Positions 44,642-54,077 of a DNA stretch of 64,000 nt are shown here, in pieces; positions within the stretch are counted from its first letter, which is position 1; each line of letters starts with the position of its first letter. Position numbers and translations under genes: made by a program. A model generated the notes under the pieces. The model ran no database searches. It was not told the origin of the DNA and was given only the letters and a program-made list of their open reading frames with translations. Source of the stretch: an uncultured Acidobacteriota bacterium (lineage in GTDB: Bacteria; Acidobacteriota; Thermoanaerobaculia; Multivoradales; UBA5704); assembly GCA_963698025.1 (NCBI GenBank), contig OY969112.1, forward strand, positions 6,629,101 through 6,693,100, in the 5' to 3' direction.

Positions 44642-45616
44642 ATGAGGCGTGCGGTATCTGCTCTGCTGGCGTTGGTAATGATCGCAAGCTGCGGCATCCT
44701 GTCCCCGGTCACGGCACAGACCAAGGCGGTTTCATCCGGCGTAACGATGACCAACGCCTATGATGCCTTTGGGCCGGAACGCAAGGGCCTGAAGCAGGAT
44801 TTTGGCTTCTCTTGCGTCGTGAGCTACAAGGGAAAATGGATCTTGTTCGACTCGGGGACCGACGCCAGGGTTTTCGAAAGCAATCTCAGGGCGCTGAAGA
44901 TCGATCTGCGGAAAATTGACATCGCCATCGTGTCGCATGGGCATTACGACCACATCGGCGGCTTCGATTACCTGCTGAGCGTCAACCCGAAGGTCAAGAT
45001 TTACCTCCCCAACGATTTTTTCTCTCTCGGCGCTCCCATCAAGTTTCCCTTTCGCGAGCCCGAGCTGGACGCGGCGAAGGCACTGCCTAAAGACGAGCAG
45101 TATTTTCGCGGCGAGCGCGTCGTCGAGGGCATGGTCACCGTGCCGACGGGCAGGTTCTGGAAGTCGAACGTGGAGTACGTCACCGAACCGAAGGAAGTGC
45201 TGCCCGGCGTTACCTTGATCCCGACGACCTCCAAGTTGATGGGAACGTTCATCAAATATCCTCCTTTTGGTGATGAGCATCCTCAGTTCATCGGCATGCC
45301 CGAGCTGTCGGTTTCATTTGCCACCGCCAAGGGCGAAATCATCCTGGCGGGCTGCTCGCACAGCACCATCGAGACGATCATTCAGGAGACCCAGAAAGTC
45401 CGGAAGGGAAAGATCTACCTGGTCGCCGGAGGGTTCCACCTCATCCCCTATGGCCGCGAGTACATCGAGGGCTTGGCGAAGCGCATGCGCGAGCAGTACG
45501 GTGTGGAGTCCGTCGCTCCGGCGCACTGCACCGGGCAGCTGGCGTTCTCGATTTTTCATCAGGTGTTTGGCGATAACTACAGAGTCTTTGGGCTCGGTAC
45601 GACGATTAACCTCTAG
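44642..45616 (+). CDS. Secreted MBL-fold metallo-hydrolase
   Basis: AGGAGAGAGAGA Shine-Dalgarno sequence. Signal peptide MRRAVSALLALVMIASCGILSPVTAQ. Contains SHGHYDHIGG (the HxHxDH motif). About 55% GC, lower than the surroundings. Confidence 0.8.
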   Translation: MRRAVSALLALVMIASCGILSPVTAQTKAVSSGVTMTNAYDAFGPERKGLKQDFGFSCVVSYKGKWILFDSGTDARVFESNLRALKIDLRKIDIAIVSHGHYDHIGGFDYLLSVNPKVKIYLPNDFFSLGAPIKFPFREPELDAAKALPKDEQYFRGERVVEGMVTVPTGRFWKSNVEYVTEPKEVLPGVTLIPTTSKLMGTFIKYPPFGDEHPQFIGMPELSVSFATAKGEIILAGCSHSTIETIIQETQKVRKGKIYLVAGGFHLIPYGREYIEGLAKRMREQYGVESVAPAHCTGQLAFSIFHQVFGDNYRVFGLGTTINL

Positions 45617-45641
45617 TTTTCTGGCAAGGGGCTGAATTCCC

Positions 45642-46133
45642 ATGGAAACACGGACGCGCCGCAACCCTGCTGTTTTCGCGATTCTTGTCGGCGGCTTCAT
45701 CGCCGGGGTGCTCGACATCACGTATGCGATCGTGTTCTCGGGCTTTCGCGGTGTTTCCGCCGTTCGCGTCCTCCAGTCCGTCGCCAGCGGCCTCCTGGGC
45801 TCGGCGGCCAGTGAGGGGGGGCTGTCCACGGCGGTGCTGGGGCTCTTCCTTCACTTCTTCATCGCCTTTTCGATCGCGGCCATCTTCTACGCCGCCAGCC
45901 GGCGGCTCCCTTTCCTCACTCGTCAGGCGGTCGTCTCGGGTCTCCTCTACGGCATCGTCGTCTATGGGGTCATGAACCTCGTCGTCCTTCCCCTGTCGGC
46001 GTACCCGCGCAAAATCACCTTCACGCCTCTGTACCTGACGATCAATCTGGTAGCTCACATGTTCTTCATCGGTCTTCCGATCGCTCTGGCCGCTCGCAGG
46101 GCCAACTCCCAAGCGTTCCAAGCGTCGACGTAG
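45642..46133 (+). CDS. Hypothetical 4-TM membrane protein
   Basis: Four hydrophobic helices (AVFAILVGGFIAGVL..., GLFLHFFIAFSIAAIFY..., LLYGIVVYGVMNLVVL..., INLVAHMFFIGLPIAL). Tightly linked downstream of the MBL gene. Confidence 0.5.
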   Translation: METRTRRNPAVFAILVGGFIAGVLDITYAIVFSGFRGVSAVRVLQSVASGLLGSAASEGGLSTAVLGLFLHFFIAFSIAAIFYAASRRLPFLTRQAVVSGLLYGIVVYGVMNLVVLPLSAYPRKITFTPLYLTINLVAHMFFIGLPIALAARRANSQAFQAST

Positions 46134-46145
46134 CCTTGCCGGTCC

Positions 46146-46634
46146 ATGAAGGCGCTCACGATGACGCAGCCCTGGGCCACGCTCGTCGCGATTGGCGAGA
46201 ACCGCATCGAGACGCGTAGCTGGCCGACGAAGCATCGCGGGCCGCTCGCCATCCACGCCGCGAAAGGCTTTCCGGCCGACGCCCGCGCGCTCTGCCGCCA
46301 GCCGCCGTTTCGCGAAGTGCTGGCGCGGCATGGCTACGCGGACGCCGCCGACCTCCCGACCGGCGCCGTCATCGCCCTCGTCCGTCTCGACGACGTCCTG
46401 GCATTCGACGACTCGACCCTCCTTGAGGTTCGAGAGCGGTCGGCCGCCGGGCTGCTCCCGGAGCACGAGGGGGACTTCGGCGACTTTTCGCCCGGACGCT
46501 ACGGGTTCGCGCTGAGCGACGTGCGGCGCCTCCGCGCGCCGATTCCCGTGCGCGGCATGCTGGGTCTCTGGGAGCTCCCCGCGGACGTCGAGGCCGCCGC
46601 GAGGGCGCAAGTCGCGGTCCGCTCGGAAACGTAG
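46146..46634 (+). CDS. ASCH (PUA-like) domain protein
   Basis: MKALTMTQPWATLVAIGENRIETRSW matches the start of the ASCH domain. Confidence 0.65.
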   Translation: MKALTMTQPWATLVAIGENRIETRSWPTKHRGPLAIHAAKGFPADARALCRQPPFREVLARHGYADAADLPTGAVIALVRLDDVLAFDDSTLLEVRERSAAGLLPEHEGDFGDFSPGRYGFALSDVRRLRAPIPVRGMLGLWELPADVEAAARAQVAVRSET

Positions 46635-46636
46635 GA

Positions 46637-47389
46637 ATGTCGATCATGCGGGTCGCTGCCATCTATGACATTCATGGGAATCTTCCCGCGCTGGAGGCCG
46701 TGCTCCAGGAGATTCGCCGAGCCGAGGTCGACCTCGTGGTGGTCGGTGGCGATGTGCTGCCGGGGCCGATGCCCCGTGAAACCCTCGCGTGTCTGCGGGA
46801 TCTCGAGGTGCCGGTGCGGTTGATCCACGGCAATGGCGACCGCGAGGTGCTTGCAGAGAGGGCAGGCACGGAAGTCTCCGTCCCGGAAAGCTATCGCGAG
46901 ACCTTGCGCTGGGTGGCGGAGCAGCTCGATCCGGAGCACGAGCGGTGGCTGGCCGGCTGGCCGGCGACGATCCGCGTCGAGATTCCCGGCTTGGGCGAGG
47001 TGCTGTTCTGCCATGCCACACCGCGGAACGACACGGAGATCTTTACCCGCTCGACGCCCGAGGACCGCGTTCTGCCGGCCTTCGCGGAAGTCGACGCACC
47101 CGTGGTCGTCTGCGGTCATACCCACATGCCGTTCGACCGCGTGATCGGGGGAGTCCGGGTGGTGAACGCCGGCAGTGTGGGAATGCCGTTCGGGGAACCC
47201 GGTGCCGATTGGCTCCTGCTCGGACCCGGCGTTCAGCCGCGGCATACGCCCTATGATCTCGAACGGGCCGCCGAGCGCATCCGGCGCACGAGCTATCCGC
47301 AAGCGGAAGAATTCGCGGCGCGCGACGTCCTGCAACCCCGATCCGAGGGAGAGATTCTCGAATTGTTCGCCAGGGTCGAAATCAGATAG
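46637..47389 (+). CDS. Metallophosphoesterase (calcineurin-like)
   Basis: AAIYDIHGN ... VVVGGDVL ... IHGNGD ... VVCGHTH motifs. Confidence 0.8.
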   Translation: MSIMRVAAIYDIHGNLPALEAVLQEIRRAEVDLVVVGGDVLPGPMPRETLACLRDLEVPVRLIHGNGDREVLAERAGTEVSVPESYRETLRWVAEQLDPEHERWLAGWPATIRVEIPGLGEVLFCHATPRNDTEIFTRSTPEDRVLPAFAEVDAPVVVCGHTHMPFDRVIGGVRVVNAGSVGMPFGEPGADWLLLGPGVQPRHTPYDLERAAERIRRTSYPQAEEFAARDVLQPRSEGEILELFARVEIR

Positions 47390-47392
47390 GAG

Positions 47393-49948
47393 CTACTTCG
47401 CCACCACGCCGCGGAAACCCTGTCCGATGAGGGCCGCGATGTCGGCCAGGACGAGGGGGAAGGCGAGGCCGCCCGGGCAGGCGAGGTAGCGCGGCTCCCA
47501 GACGGGATCGTATTTGTCCTTGTAGGCGCGCAGCCCCTGGAAGTTGTAGAAGTGCTCGCCGTGGCGATAGACCAGCGAGCCCAGCCTGCTCCAGAGGGGC
47601 GCGATCGACCGCGCCTCGAGCCCGGCCAGCGGCGCCATGCCGAGGTTGAACCAGCGGTACCCCTGCTTCGAGCCGTAGAGCATCAGCTCGATGAACAGGT
47701 AGTCCATCACCCCGAGCGGGGCGTCGGGCGTGTGGCGCATGAGGTCGATCGAGATCTCCTCGTTCTCGCCTCCCGGCCAGAGGTTGGCGAAGGCCACGAT
47801 CGCGCCCCCCTTGCGCACCAGGGCGAGCGGCAGGCGGCGCAGGTAGCCCTGGTCGAAGAAGCCGAGCGAGAACCCCTTCTCCCGCGTGTTCTTGGTGCGC
47901 AGCCAGTCCTGCGAGATCCGCTCGACGTCGGGCATCAGGGCCGGGATCTCCTCGGGCGGGACCACCTCGAAGGTGCACCCCTCGTCGCCGGCGCGGCGCC
48001 AGGCGTGGCGCAGCTTCTTGCGGTTCCGCCCCTCGATGGTGAAGCCGGTGAGCGGCACGCGCGCCTCCTCGCCCAGCTTGACCAGCGTCAGGCCGAGGTC
48101 GACGTAGAGGTGGAGCATCCGCTCGCTCACCTGGTAGAAGCAGGTCCAGCCGTCGTGCCGGTCCACCATCTCGCGGAACTTCCAGACCAGCTCGGCGCGA
48201 TCCTTTTCGGGTCCCACCGGCCCGCCCATCGCCACCCAGCTCCGACGCTCGACGCCGAACATCACGAAGGCGTTGCCGGCGTCGTTGAACAACAGCTCCT
48301 TGTCGCCGAGCAGGGCGAGGTAGGAGTAGGTGCGCGGCGCCAGGGCGGCGATGGCGGCGGCGCGGTCGATCTGCTCCTCGGTAGGCGGCGCCGGCTCGGG
48401 TCCCGCCGGCCGCATCAGGTGCCGGATGGCGATGCCGAGCGCCACCGCCGTCACCGCGATCGAGGCGCGCAGGAAGCGCGGCGCGTTGCCGAACAGGGTG
48501 AAGTGCCACCAGAGGTCGCGCGAGTAGTCGACGTGCTTGTAGGCGAAGAACCCGAGCCAGAGCGAGCCCAGGATGACGATGACGATGGCCACGCTCCAGC
48601 TCGGCGTGAACGGCTCGGCGGTGAGCGAGGTCTTGCGGTAGAAGTGGCGATGGCAGGGGATGAGCGCGGCGAGCATCAGCGCCAGGATCAGCGCCTCCTC
48701 CCAGTCGAGCCCCTTGGCGAGGGAGAAGACGATGCCGCTGCCGAGCATCAGCAGGGTGAGCTGGTAGGCGGCGTCGAGACGCCGCTGCAGGCCGATCGCC
48801 AGGAAGAGGAGCGCGACCCCGGCCAGGCTGCCGGCGAAGTGGGAGAACTCGATGACCGGCAGCGGCAGGATGTCGTCGAGCCAGGAGAGGCGGGAGTGGA
48901 CCTCCGGCGTGGCCCCCGAGATGAGCAGGATGGCACCGCCCAGGAAGGTGGTGACGGCGAGGATCTGCGGCACCACGTCCGGCGCCCGGCCGCCGAAGGC
49001 GCGGGCGATCTTGCCCACCTGCTCGCGCCGGCGCACGACCTCGTGGGCGCCCAGCGAGACGGCGGCGATCAGCAGCGGCATGAAGTAGTAGACGCCGCGG
49101 AAGGCGACCATCGCCGCCAGCAGGTCGGCGTGCGGCAGCTCCTGCGGCATCAGCAGCACCATCATCGTCTCGAACACCCCGAGCCCGCCGGGCACGTGGC
49201 TGAGCAGCCCCGCCACCTGGGCGAACAGGAAGATGCCGAGGAAGTGGAGGAAGGTGATGTTCCAGGAGGAGGGGAGAAGGGCGTAGAGCACCGTGCCGGC
49301 GAACGCCCAGTCGAGCGCGGCGACGGCGATCTGCGCCGCCGCCATCGGTGGGCGGGGGACGGCGAACTCCAGCCCCTTGAAGGTGAACGGCCGCCGGCGG
49401 ACGAACGAGGCGATGAGGAAGGCGGCGATCAGTCCGAGAAACAGCACGCCGACCGGCCGCGCGGTGGCCACCGGCAGGTGCAGCAGCGCCGGCACGGCGA
49501 CCGGATCGAGCAGGAAGGCGGTGCCGGAGAGCCCGATGAACCCCAGCCAGAAGGTGATGTAGCTGAACAGGACGACGCGGGTGATGTCGATCGCCGTCAT
49601 CCCCCACCCCGAGTAGAGGCGGGCGCGCAGGGGGGTGCCGGTGAACAGCGGCAGCCCGAGGGTGTTGCTGAAGGCGTAGCCGGTGAAGGAGGCGAGCGCG
49701 ACCTTCCAGTAGGCGATGCGCTTGCCGATGTAGCGCAGGGCGAGCGCGTCGTAGCAGGTGAGGGCGAGATAGCTCAGCACGGTGAAGGCTACCGCCATGA
49801 TCACCCGGTGCGCCGGCAGGTTGTGGAAGAAGAGGATGATGTCCTTGTAGCGGAAGTCGCGCAGCTCGCGGCGGAGCAGCCAGAGGGCCAGCGCGAAGAA
49901 GAACAGGCTGAGCAGCGAGGTGAGCTTCGAGAGCTGAATCTTCTTCAA
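47393..49948 (-). CDS. mprF: Bifunctional lysyl-phosphatidylglycerol flippase/synthase MprF
   Basis: 851 aa. N-terminal ~14-TM flippase domain plus a C-terminal DUF2156/LPG-synthase domain (…LGDKELLFNDAGNAFVMFGVERRSWVAMGGPVGP…HAWRRAGDEGCTFEV…). Confidence 0.9.
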   Translation of the reverse strand: MKKIQLSKLTSLLSLFFFALALWLLRRELRDFRYKDIILFFHNLPAHRVIMAVAFTVLSYLALTCYDALALRYIGKRIAYWKVALASFTGYAFSNTLGLPLFTGTPLRARLYSGWGMTAIDITRVVLFSYITFWLGFIGLSGTAFLLDPVAVPALLHLPVATARPVGVLFLGLIAAFLIASFVRRRPFTFKGLEFAVPRPPMAAAQIAVAALDWAFAGTVLYALLPSSWNITFLHFLGIFLFAQVAGLLSHVPGGLGVFETMMVLLMPQELPHADLLAAMVAFRGVYYFMPLLIAAVSLGAHEVVRRREQVGKIARAFGGRAPDVVPQILAVTTFLGGAILLISGATPEVHSRLSWLDDILPLPVIEFSHFAGSLAGVALLFLAIGLQRRLDAAYQLTLLMLGSGIVFSLAKGLDWEEALILALMLAALIPCHRHFYRKTSLTAEPFTPSWSVAIVIVILGSLWLGFFAYKHVDYSRDLWWHFTLFGNAPRFLRASIAVTAVALGIAIRHLMRPAGPEPAPPTEEQIDRAAAIAALAPRTYSYLALLGDKELLFNDAGNAFVMFGVERRSWVAMGGPVGPEKDRAELVWKFREMVDRHDGWTCFYQVSERMLHLYVDLGLTLVKLGEEARVPLTGFTIEGRNRKKLRHAWRRAGDEGCTFEVVPPEEIPALMPDVERISQDWLRTKNTREKGFSLGFFDQGYLRRLPLALVRKGGAIVAFANLWPGGENEEISIDLMRHTPDAPLGVMDYLFIELMLYGSKQGYRWFNLGMAPLAGLEARSIAPLWSRLGSLVYRHGEHFYNFQGLRAYKDKYDPVWEPRYLACPGGLAFPLVLADIAALIGQGFRGVVAK

Positions 49949-49949
49949 C

Positions 49950-51047
49950 CTAGAACCAGCCCTTCCGCTTGAAATAGAGCGCCAGCAATCCGCCGGTGAT
50001 CGCCATCAGCGTCAGCACGGCGGGGTAGCCGAAGTACCAGCCGAGCTCCGGCATGTTCATGGGGCTCGCCTGGCGGTCGAAGTTCATGCCGTAGACGCCG
50101 GCGATGAAGTTCAGGGGGATGAAGATGGTGGAGATGATGGTCAGCACCTTCATCACCTCGTTGAGGCGGTTGCTGGTGCTGGAGAGGTAGACGTCGAGCA
50201 GGCCGGCGGCGAGGTCGCGGTAGGTCTCGATCATGTCGATGACCTGGATGGCGTGGTCGTAGCTGTCGCGCAGGAAGACCCGGGTCTCCGGCCGGATCAG
50301 GTGCGCCTCTTCCCGCTGCAGGCTGCTGATCACCTCGCGCTCGGGCCAGGCGATGCGCCGCAGGTCGAGGAGGTCGCGCTTGATGCGGTGGACGTCCTGG
50401 AGCGTCGCGGGCTCCGGCTTGAGGACCACCTCGTCCTCCAGCTCCTCGATGCGCTCGCCGTAGCGTTCGAGGACGGGGAAGAACTCGTCCATCAGGGCGT
50501 CGACCAGGGCGTAGAGGAGATAGTCGGACCCGAGCCTGCGGATCTGCCCCCCCTTGTTCTGCCGGATGCGCTCGCGGACCTTCTCGAAGGAGTCCCCCGG
50601 CACCTCCTGGAGGGTGATGACGTAGTTGCCCGAGAGGAAGAAGCTGATCTGCTCGAGCTCGAGCTCCTCCTCCCGCAGCAGCAGCGACTTCATCACCAGG
50701 AAGTGGTAGGCGCCGTAGTCCTCGAGCTTGGGGCGCTGGCCGCAGTTGAGGACGTCCTCCAGCGCCAGCGGATGGAACTCGAAGAGCTTCCCGAGCCCCT
50801 CCAGGAACGGGACGTCGTTCAACCCCTCGACGTTGATCCAGGTGACGGTCGGGGTGTCGCGGTAGGGCTCGAGCTCCTCGACGCTCTTGATCTCCTTCTC
50901 GTCGAGGTGGTCGGGCCCGTAGTCGATGACGGTGACGCGGACGGGACCCGCCGCCTCCCTCTCGGACGCGCGCAGCGTCCCCGGCGCCGTCCCCGGAGGG
51001 TGGTACCGCGATCCAACTTTCATCCGTCTGCCCGCAACAACGGCCAT
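49950..51047 (-). CDS. corA: Magnesium/cobalt transporter CorA
   Basis: Two C-terminal TM helices with the YGMNF motif (FIAGVYGMNFDRQASPMNMPE). Met 9 (MKVGSRY, 51023) is an alternative start. Two bp upstream of mprF on the same strand. Confidence 0.9.
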   Translation of the reverse strand: MAVVAGRRMKVGSRYHPPGTAPGTLRASEREAAGPVRVTVIDYGPDHLDEKEIKSVEELEPYRDTPTVTWINVEGLNDVPFLEGLGKLFEFHPLALEDVLNCGQRPKLEDYGAYHFLVMKSLLLREEELELEQISFFLSGNYVITLQEVPGDSFEKVRERIRQNKGGQIRRLGSDYLLYALVDALMDEFFPVLERYGERIEELEDEVVLKPEPATLQDVHRIKRDLLDLRRIAWPEREVISSLQREEAHLIRPETRVFLRDSYDHAIQVIDMIETYRDLAAGLLDVYLSSTSNRLNEVMKVLTIISTIFIPLNFIAGVYGMNFDRQASPMNMPELGWYFGYPAVLTLMAITGGLLALYFKRKGWF

Positions 51048-51133
51048 ACCTCCTCCTTGTCGTCCGCCGGAGGGCGGGCGCGAGGGGGATTATGTCGCAG
51101 AGCCGGTCCTGGGGGCAGTGCCCCCCGCCCGGC

Positions 51134-51287
51134 CCTCATCACCCCGGCCCTCTTCTCCCGCCCCCTCCCGCCTCCCTCACCGGGAGAAGAGGGGAGACCC
51201 CTTCGGGGGTTTTTCTTTGGGCGGGGGTTCCCCTCTCCCGGTGAGGGAGGGTGGGAGGGGACGGGAGAGGGGCCAGGGGTGAGGGTT
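51134..51287. repeat. Composite palindromic (REP/MITE-like) element, copy B (the same family as 19921..20059)
   Basis: ccctcatcaccccggccctcttctcccg ... caccgggagaagagggg ... cccctctcccggtgaggg ... gagaggggccaggggtgagggt. The arms are shared with copy A and the interior differs. Confidence 0.6.
51196..51218 (+). terminator. Terminator-like hairpin inside the palindromic element (GACCCC-UUCG-GGGGU followed by UUUUUCUUU)
   Basis: A 5-6-bp GC stem with a UUCG tetraloop followed by a U-run on the plus strand. There is no annotated plus-strand gene upstream, so the target transcript is unknown. Confidence 0.3.
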
Positions 51288-52498
51288 TACGGGCAGCCAA
51301 CCCCGGACACGCTCGCCACCGCGGCGCAGGCGTCCACCTCGGCGACGGGGTCGGCGGCGATCGGGCGGGCGGTCTTGTGGAGGATCGCCGCGATCTCGGA
51401 CGGGGTGAGCTTCGGGTTCTTTTCGAGCAGCAGGGCGGCGATGCCCGAGACCTCGGCCGCGGCGGCCGAGCTGCCGGAGAAGAGGTCGTAGGTGCCGTGG
51501 GGCATGGTGGTCAGGATGTCCACCCCCGGCGCGGCCAGCGTGGCGAGGGAATGCCCGGCCGGCACGGAGGGGGGGCCGCTGAGGTCGTCGCTCCCCATGA
51601 CGCCGATCACCCCCTTGTAGCTGGCGGGGAAGTCCTGCGCGGCAGCGCCGCCGCCGCCGGCGGCCACCACCACGATCCCCTTGGCCAGGGCGTGGTCGAT
51701 CAGCTCGCCGAGCAACGGATCCGCGGGGCCGGACAGGCTGAAGTTGAGCACCTGGGCGCCGCGGGCGATGGCGTAGTCCACCGCCTTGGCCAGCGTATAG
51801 CTGTTGCACAGCGCCTGGCGCGCCCCCGGCGGCTGCTCCCAGCAGGCCTTGAGGGCGTAGATCTCCGCCTGTGGCGCGGCGCCGGCGATCCCCACGTCGT
51901 TGTTCGCCGTGGCCGCGATCACCCCGGCGACGGCGGTGCCGTGGATGTCGCTGGTGAAGCTGCGCTCCCCCCGGTCGACGAAGTTCTGCGCCTTTTTCAC
52001 CCGCTCCCGCAGGTCGGGATGATCGAAGTCGACGCCGGTGTCCACCACGGCGATCTTCACCCCCTTGCCGGTCGCCCAGCGGTGCGCCTGGTCGAGCCGG
52101 AGCGTCGTCGAGCCGTGCTGGAGGTTGGCGTACGGATCGCCCCCCTGCGTCCGGAAGGTCTCGACGGTCTGCGCGATGCGCACTCTGGGGTCCGAGGAGA
52201 GGCGGCGGACGATCTCGGGCGCCGAGCCGCCGGGCGGCACCTGGAAGACGACGCACTGCTCGCCGAGCGACTCCATCGTCCAGGCATAGACGAGGGTCAG
52301 GCGGTAGCGCTGCGCGAGCGCCGCGGTGTTCTGCTCCCAGATCACGGGCAGGGCCTTGGGGTAGGTCACCATCACCTGCCGGTCGGTCGGGGGCGGAACG
52401 GCTGCAGCGCGACCGCCGTCCGCGGCGGGGGCGCTGGCGCAACCGAGGACGAGGAGCAGGGCGCCGGCGAGCGCGGCGCCACGGAGCCGGCCGGTCAC
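51287..52498 (-). CDS. Secreted subtilisin-like S8 family serine peptidase
   Basis: VKIAVVDTGVDFDHPDL (Asp), HGTAVAGVIAA (His) and GSSAAAAEVSGIAALL (Ser). Signal peptide. Start overlaps the upstream anti-sigma gene by 4 nt. Confidence 0.85.
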   Translation of the reverse strand: MTGRLRGAALAGALLLVLGCASAPAADGGRAAAVPPPTDRQVMVTYPKALPVIWEQNTAALAQRYRLTLVYAWTMESLGEQCVVFQVPPGGSAPEIVRRLSSDPRVRIAQTVETFRTQGGDPYANLQHGSTTLRLDQAHRWATGKGVKIAVVDTGVDFDHPDLRERVKKAQNFVDRGERSFTSDIHGTAVAGVIAATANNDVGIAGAAPQAEIYALKACWEQPPGARQALCNSYTLAKAVDYAIARGAQVLNFSLSGPADPLLGELIDHALAKGIVVVAAGGGGAAAQDFPASYKGVIGVMGSDDLSGPPSVPAGHSLATLAAPGVDILTTMPHGTYDLFSGSSAAAAEVSGIAALLLEKNPKLTPSEIAAILHKTARPIAADPVAEVDACAAVASVSGVGCP

Positions 52499-53244
52499 CG
52501 GATGGCCTTCCCCGGATCCCCCATCGCCGGCTCGGCAAGCATCACCTGGGGCTCGGAGCGCAGGCGCGCCAGCACGACCCCGGCCGGATCGCCGGCCGGA
52601 ACCTCGATCGCTTGAACCTCGACCGTATAAGCGCCGAGCCGCGAGGGGCCGGCGATGATCTCCCCACGGATGCCGAGCAGGAGCCCGCGGATTTCCCGCT
52701 CCGTCGCCTGTGGCGAGAACATCACCCGCAGACGGAGGGTCGGCACCGGCGGCGCGGCCGGATCGGAGAGGGTGCGGTAGACGGCTCCGGCAGCCGGGGT
52801 GCCGGCGGCCGGCGCGGCGGGAGAGACCGGGCCGGCGCGCAGGGCGTCCCAGGCCAGGAATCCCACCAGCAGCACGATCACGGCCGCCTGCGCCACCAGG
52901 GCCCCGCGCAGCGGGCGGGGGGTCGCCTGGACGAGCGACCGGAAGGGTGCGAGGAGAGGCCAGCCGCCGGCCTGTTGCCGCTCCTCGCGCTCGCTCTCGT
53001 CGACGCGGGCGAGCATGCGCTGGAATTGGATGGGGTGGGGAGAGGGGGCCACCTCGCCGGCGCCGGCGATCTCCGCGGCCGTCCGCCGGCAGACCCGCTC
53101 CTCTTGCTGGCAGCGCGGGCAGGCCGCGAGGTGGGCCTCCACCCGTTCCCGCTCCTGCTGGGCGAGGCTGCCGTTGACGTACCAGGGGAGCAGCTCCCAG
53201 ACGCGCTGGTGGCTCCGCTCGCCGTGATCCTCCCGTTCTCGCAT
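52495..53244 (-). CDS. Zinc-finger (ZAS-type) anti-sigma factor, membrane-spanning
   Basis: HxxxCxxC motif (EAHLAACPRCQQE) in the N-terminal cytoplasmic domain, one TM helix (AVIVLLVGFLAWDAL), and a C-terminal extracytoplasmic domain. Lies between the ECF sigma factor and the S8 protease. Confidence 0.65.
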   Translation of the reverse strand: MREREDHGERSHQRVWELLPWYVNGSLAQQERERVEAHLAACPRCQQEERVCRRTAAEIAGAGEVAPSPHPIQFQRMLARVDESEREERQQAGGWPLLAPFRSLVQATPRPLRGALVAQAAVIVLLVGFLAWDALRAGPVSPAAPAAGTPAAGAVYRTLSDPAAPPVPTLRLRVMFSPQATEREIRGLLLGIRGEIIAGPSRLGAYTVEVQAIEVPAGDPAGVVLARLRSEPQVMLAEPAMGDPGKAIR

Positions 53245-53258
53245 GGTCTCAGGGTCTC

Positions 53259-53855
53259 CTAGCCCGCGAATCCCGAGACGCCCAGCTCCGGCAGCAGCGC
53301 CTTCAGGCGCCGGCGGGCGTGGAACATCCGGGTCTTCACCGTGTTCACCGGGCAGCCCACGATCTCCGCGATCTCGGAGTAGGCGAGCCCGTAATAATAG
53401 GTCAGCTCGACGACCGCCCGCTGGTCGGCCGAGAGGGAGCCGAGCGCCTGGCCCAGCACGCCCGCGAGCTCCCGCCGCGCCGCCAGGCTCTCGGGCTCGT
53501 CGCGGTCCACCGGCTCCGGGCGGTCCGGGTCGGAGTCCTGCTCCTCGGTCCGCCGGGCCAGCGCCTTGAGCGCCTTGTGGTAGGCGATGCCGAAGATCCA
53601 GGTCGAGAGGCGCGAGCGGCCGTCGAAGCTCGCGGCCCCCTTCCAGATGGCGAGCATGACGTCGTTGAGCACCTCTTCCACCAGCTCCGCCCGGCGGGTC
53701 ATCTTCAGCAGGTAGCCGAACAGGCGCCGGTAATAGAGATGGTAGAGCGCCTCGAAGGCCTTACGGTCCTTCGCGGCCACCTTCCGAAGCAGGGTCAGCT
53801 CGTCGGGCGAAGACATTGCGCTGAGTATGTTCCCAAACCGGGAGGGATGGTTCAA
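53259..53855 (-). CDS. RNA polymerase ECF-type sigma-70 factor
   Basis: The sigma-2 region (LLRKVAAKDRKAFEALYHLYYRRLFGYL...) and the sigma-4 HTH (LSADQRAVVELTYYYGLAYSEIAEIVGCPVNTVKTRMFHARRRL). TTG start at 53855; an alternative ATG at 53816. Confidence 0.85.
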   Translation of the reverse strand: MNHPSRFGNILSAMSSPDELTLLRKVAAKDRKAFEALYHLYYRRLFGYLLKMTRRAELVEEVLNDVMLAIWKGAASFDGRSRLSTWIFGIAYHKALKALARRTEEQDSDPDRPEPVDRDEPESLAARRELAGVLGQALGSLSADQRAVVELTYYYGLAYSEIAEIVGCPVNTVKTRMFHARRRLKALLPELGVSGFAG

Positions 53856-53882
53856 TCCGGGCGGCGTTCGCGGCCTTTCGCG

Positions 53883-53998
53883 CCCGGGATTGAAATCCCG
53901 GGCTACTCACGGCCGTCCCATCCGGGACTTCCCAAAACCCTTTGCCTCCGAAGCCCCGGGAGGGGCGACTGTCGGTAGCCCGGGATTTCAATCCCGGG
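53883..53998. repeat. Pair of inverted 25-nt elements (gcccgggattgaaatcccgggctac) flanking 76 bp; MITE-like, and each terminus is itself palindromic
   Basis: cccgggattgaaatcccggg at 53883-53902 and cccgggatttcaatcccggg at 53979-53998 (the exact reverse complement, including the flanking gc...ctac). Lies between the ECF sigma start and the cytochrome-like lipoprotein gene. Confidence 0.6.
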
Positions 53999-54077
53999 CC
54001 GCGAGGCGTCTCCAGAACCTTTTCCCCGCCCCCGGGAACCAACACCCCGCAGCCACACTTCCGGAGGAGAGCCCCGC

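Noticed and set aside
47552-49972. 806-aa ORF on the plus strand
   Set aside because: Antisense to mprF, with low-complexity translation.
53845-53905. tRNA-like T-arm (ggttcaatcc...cccgggattgaaatcccggg)
   Set aside because: No acceptor stem, D-arm or anticodon arm can be built around it. The sequence is explained by the palindromic repeat family. No tRNA gene was detected anywhere in the window.
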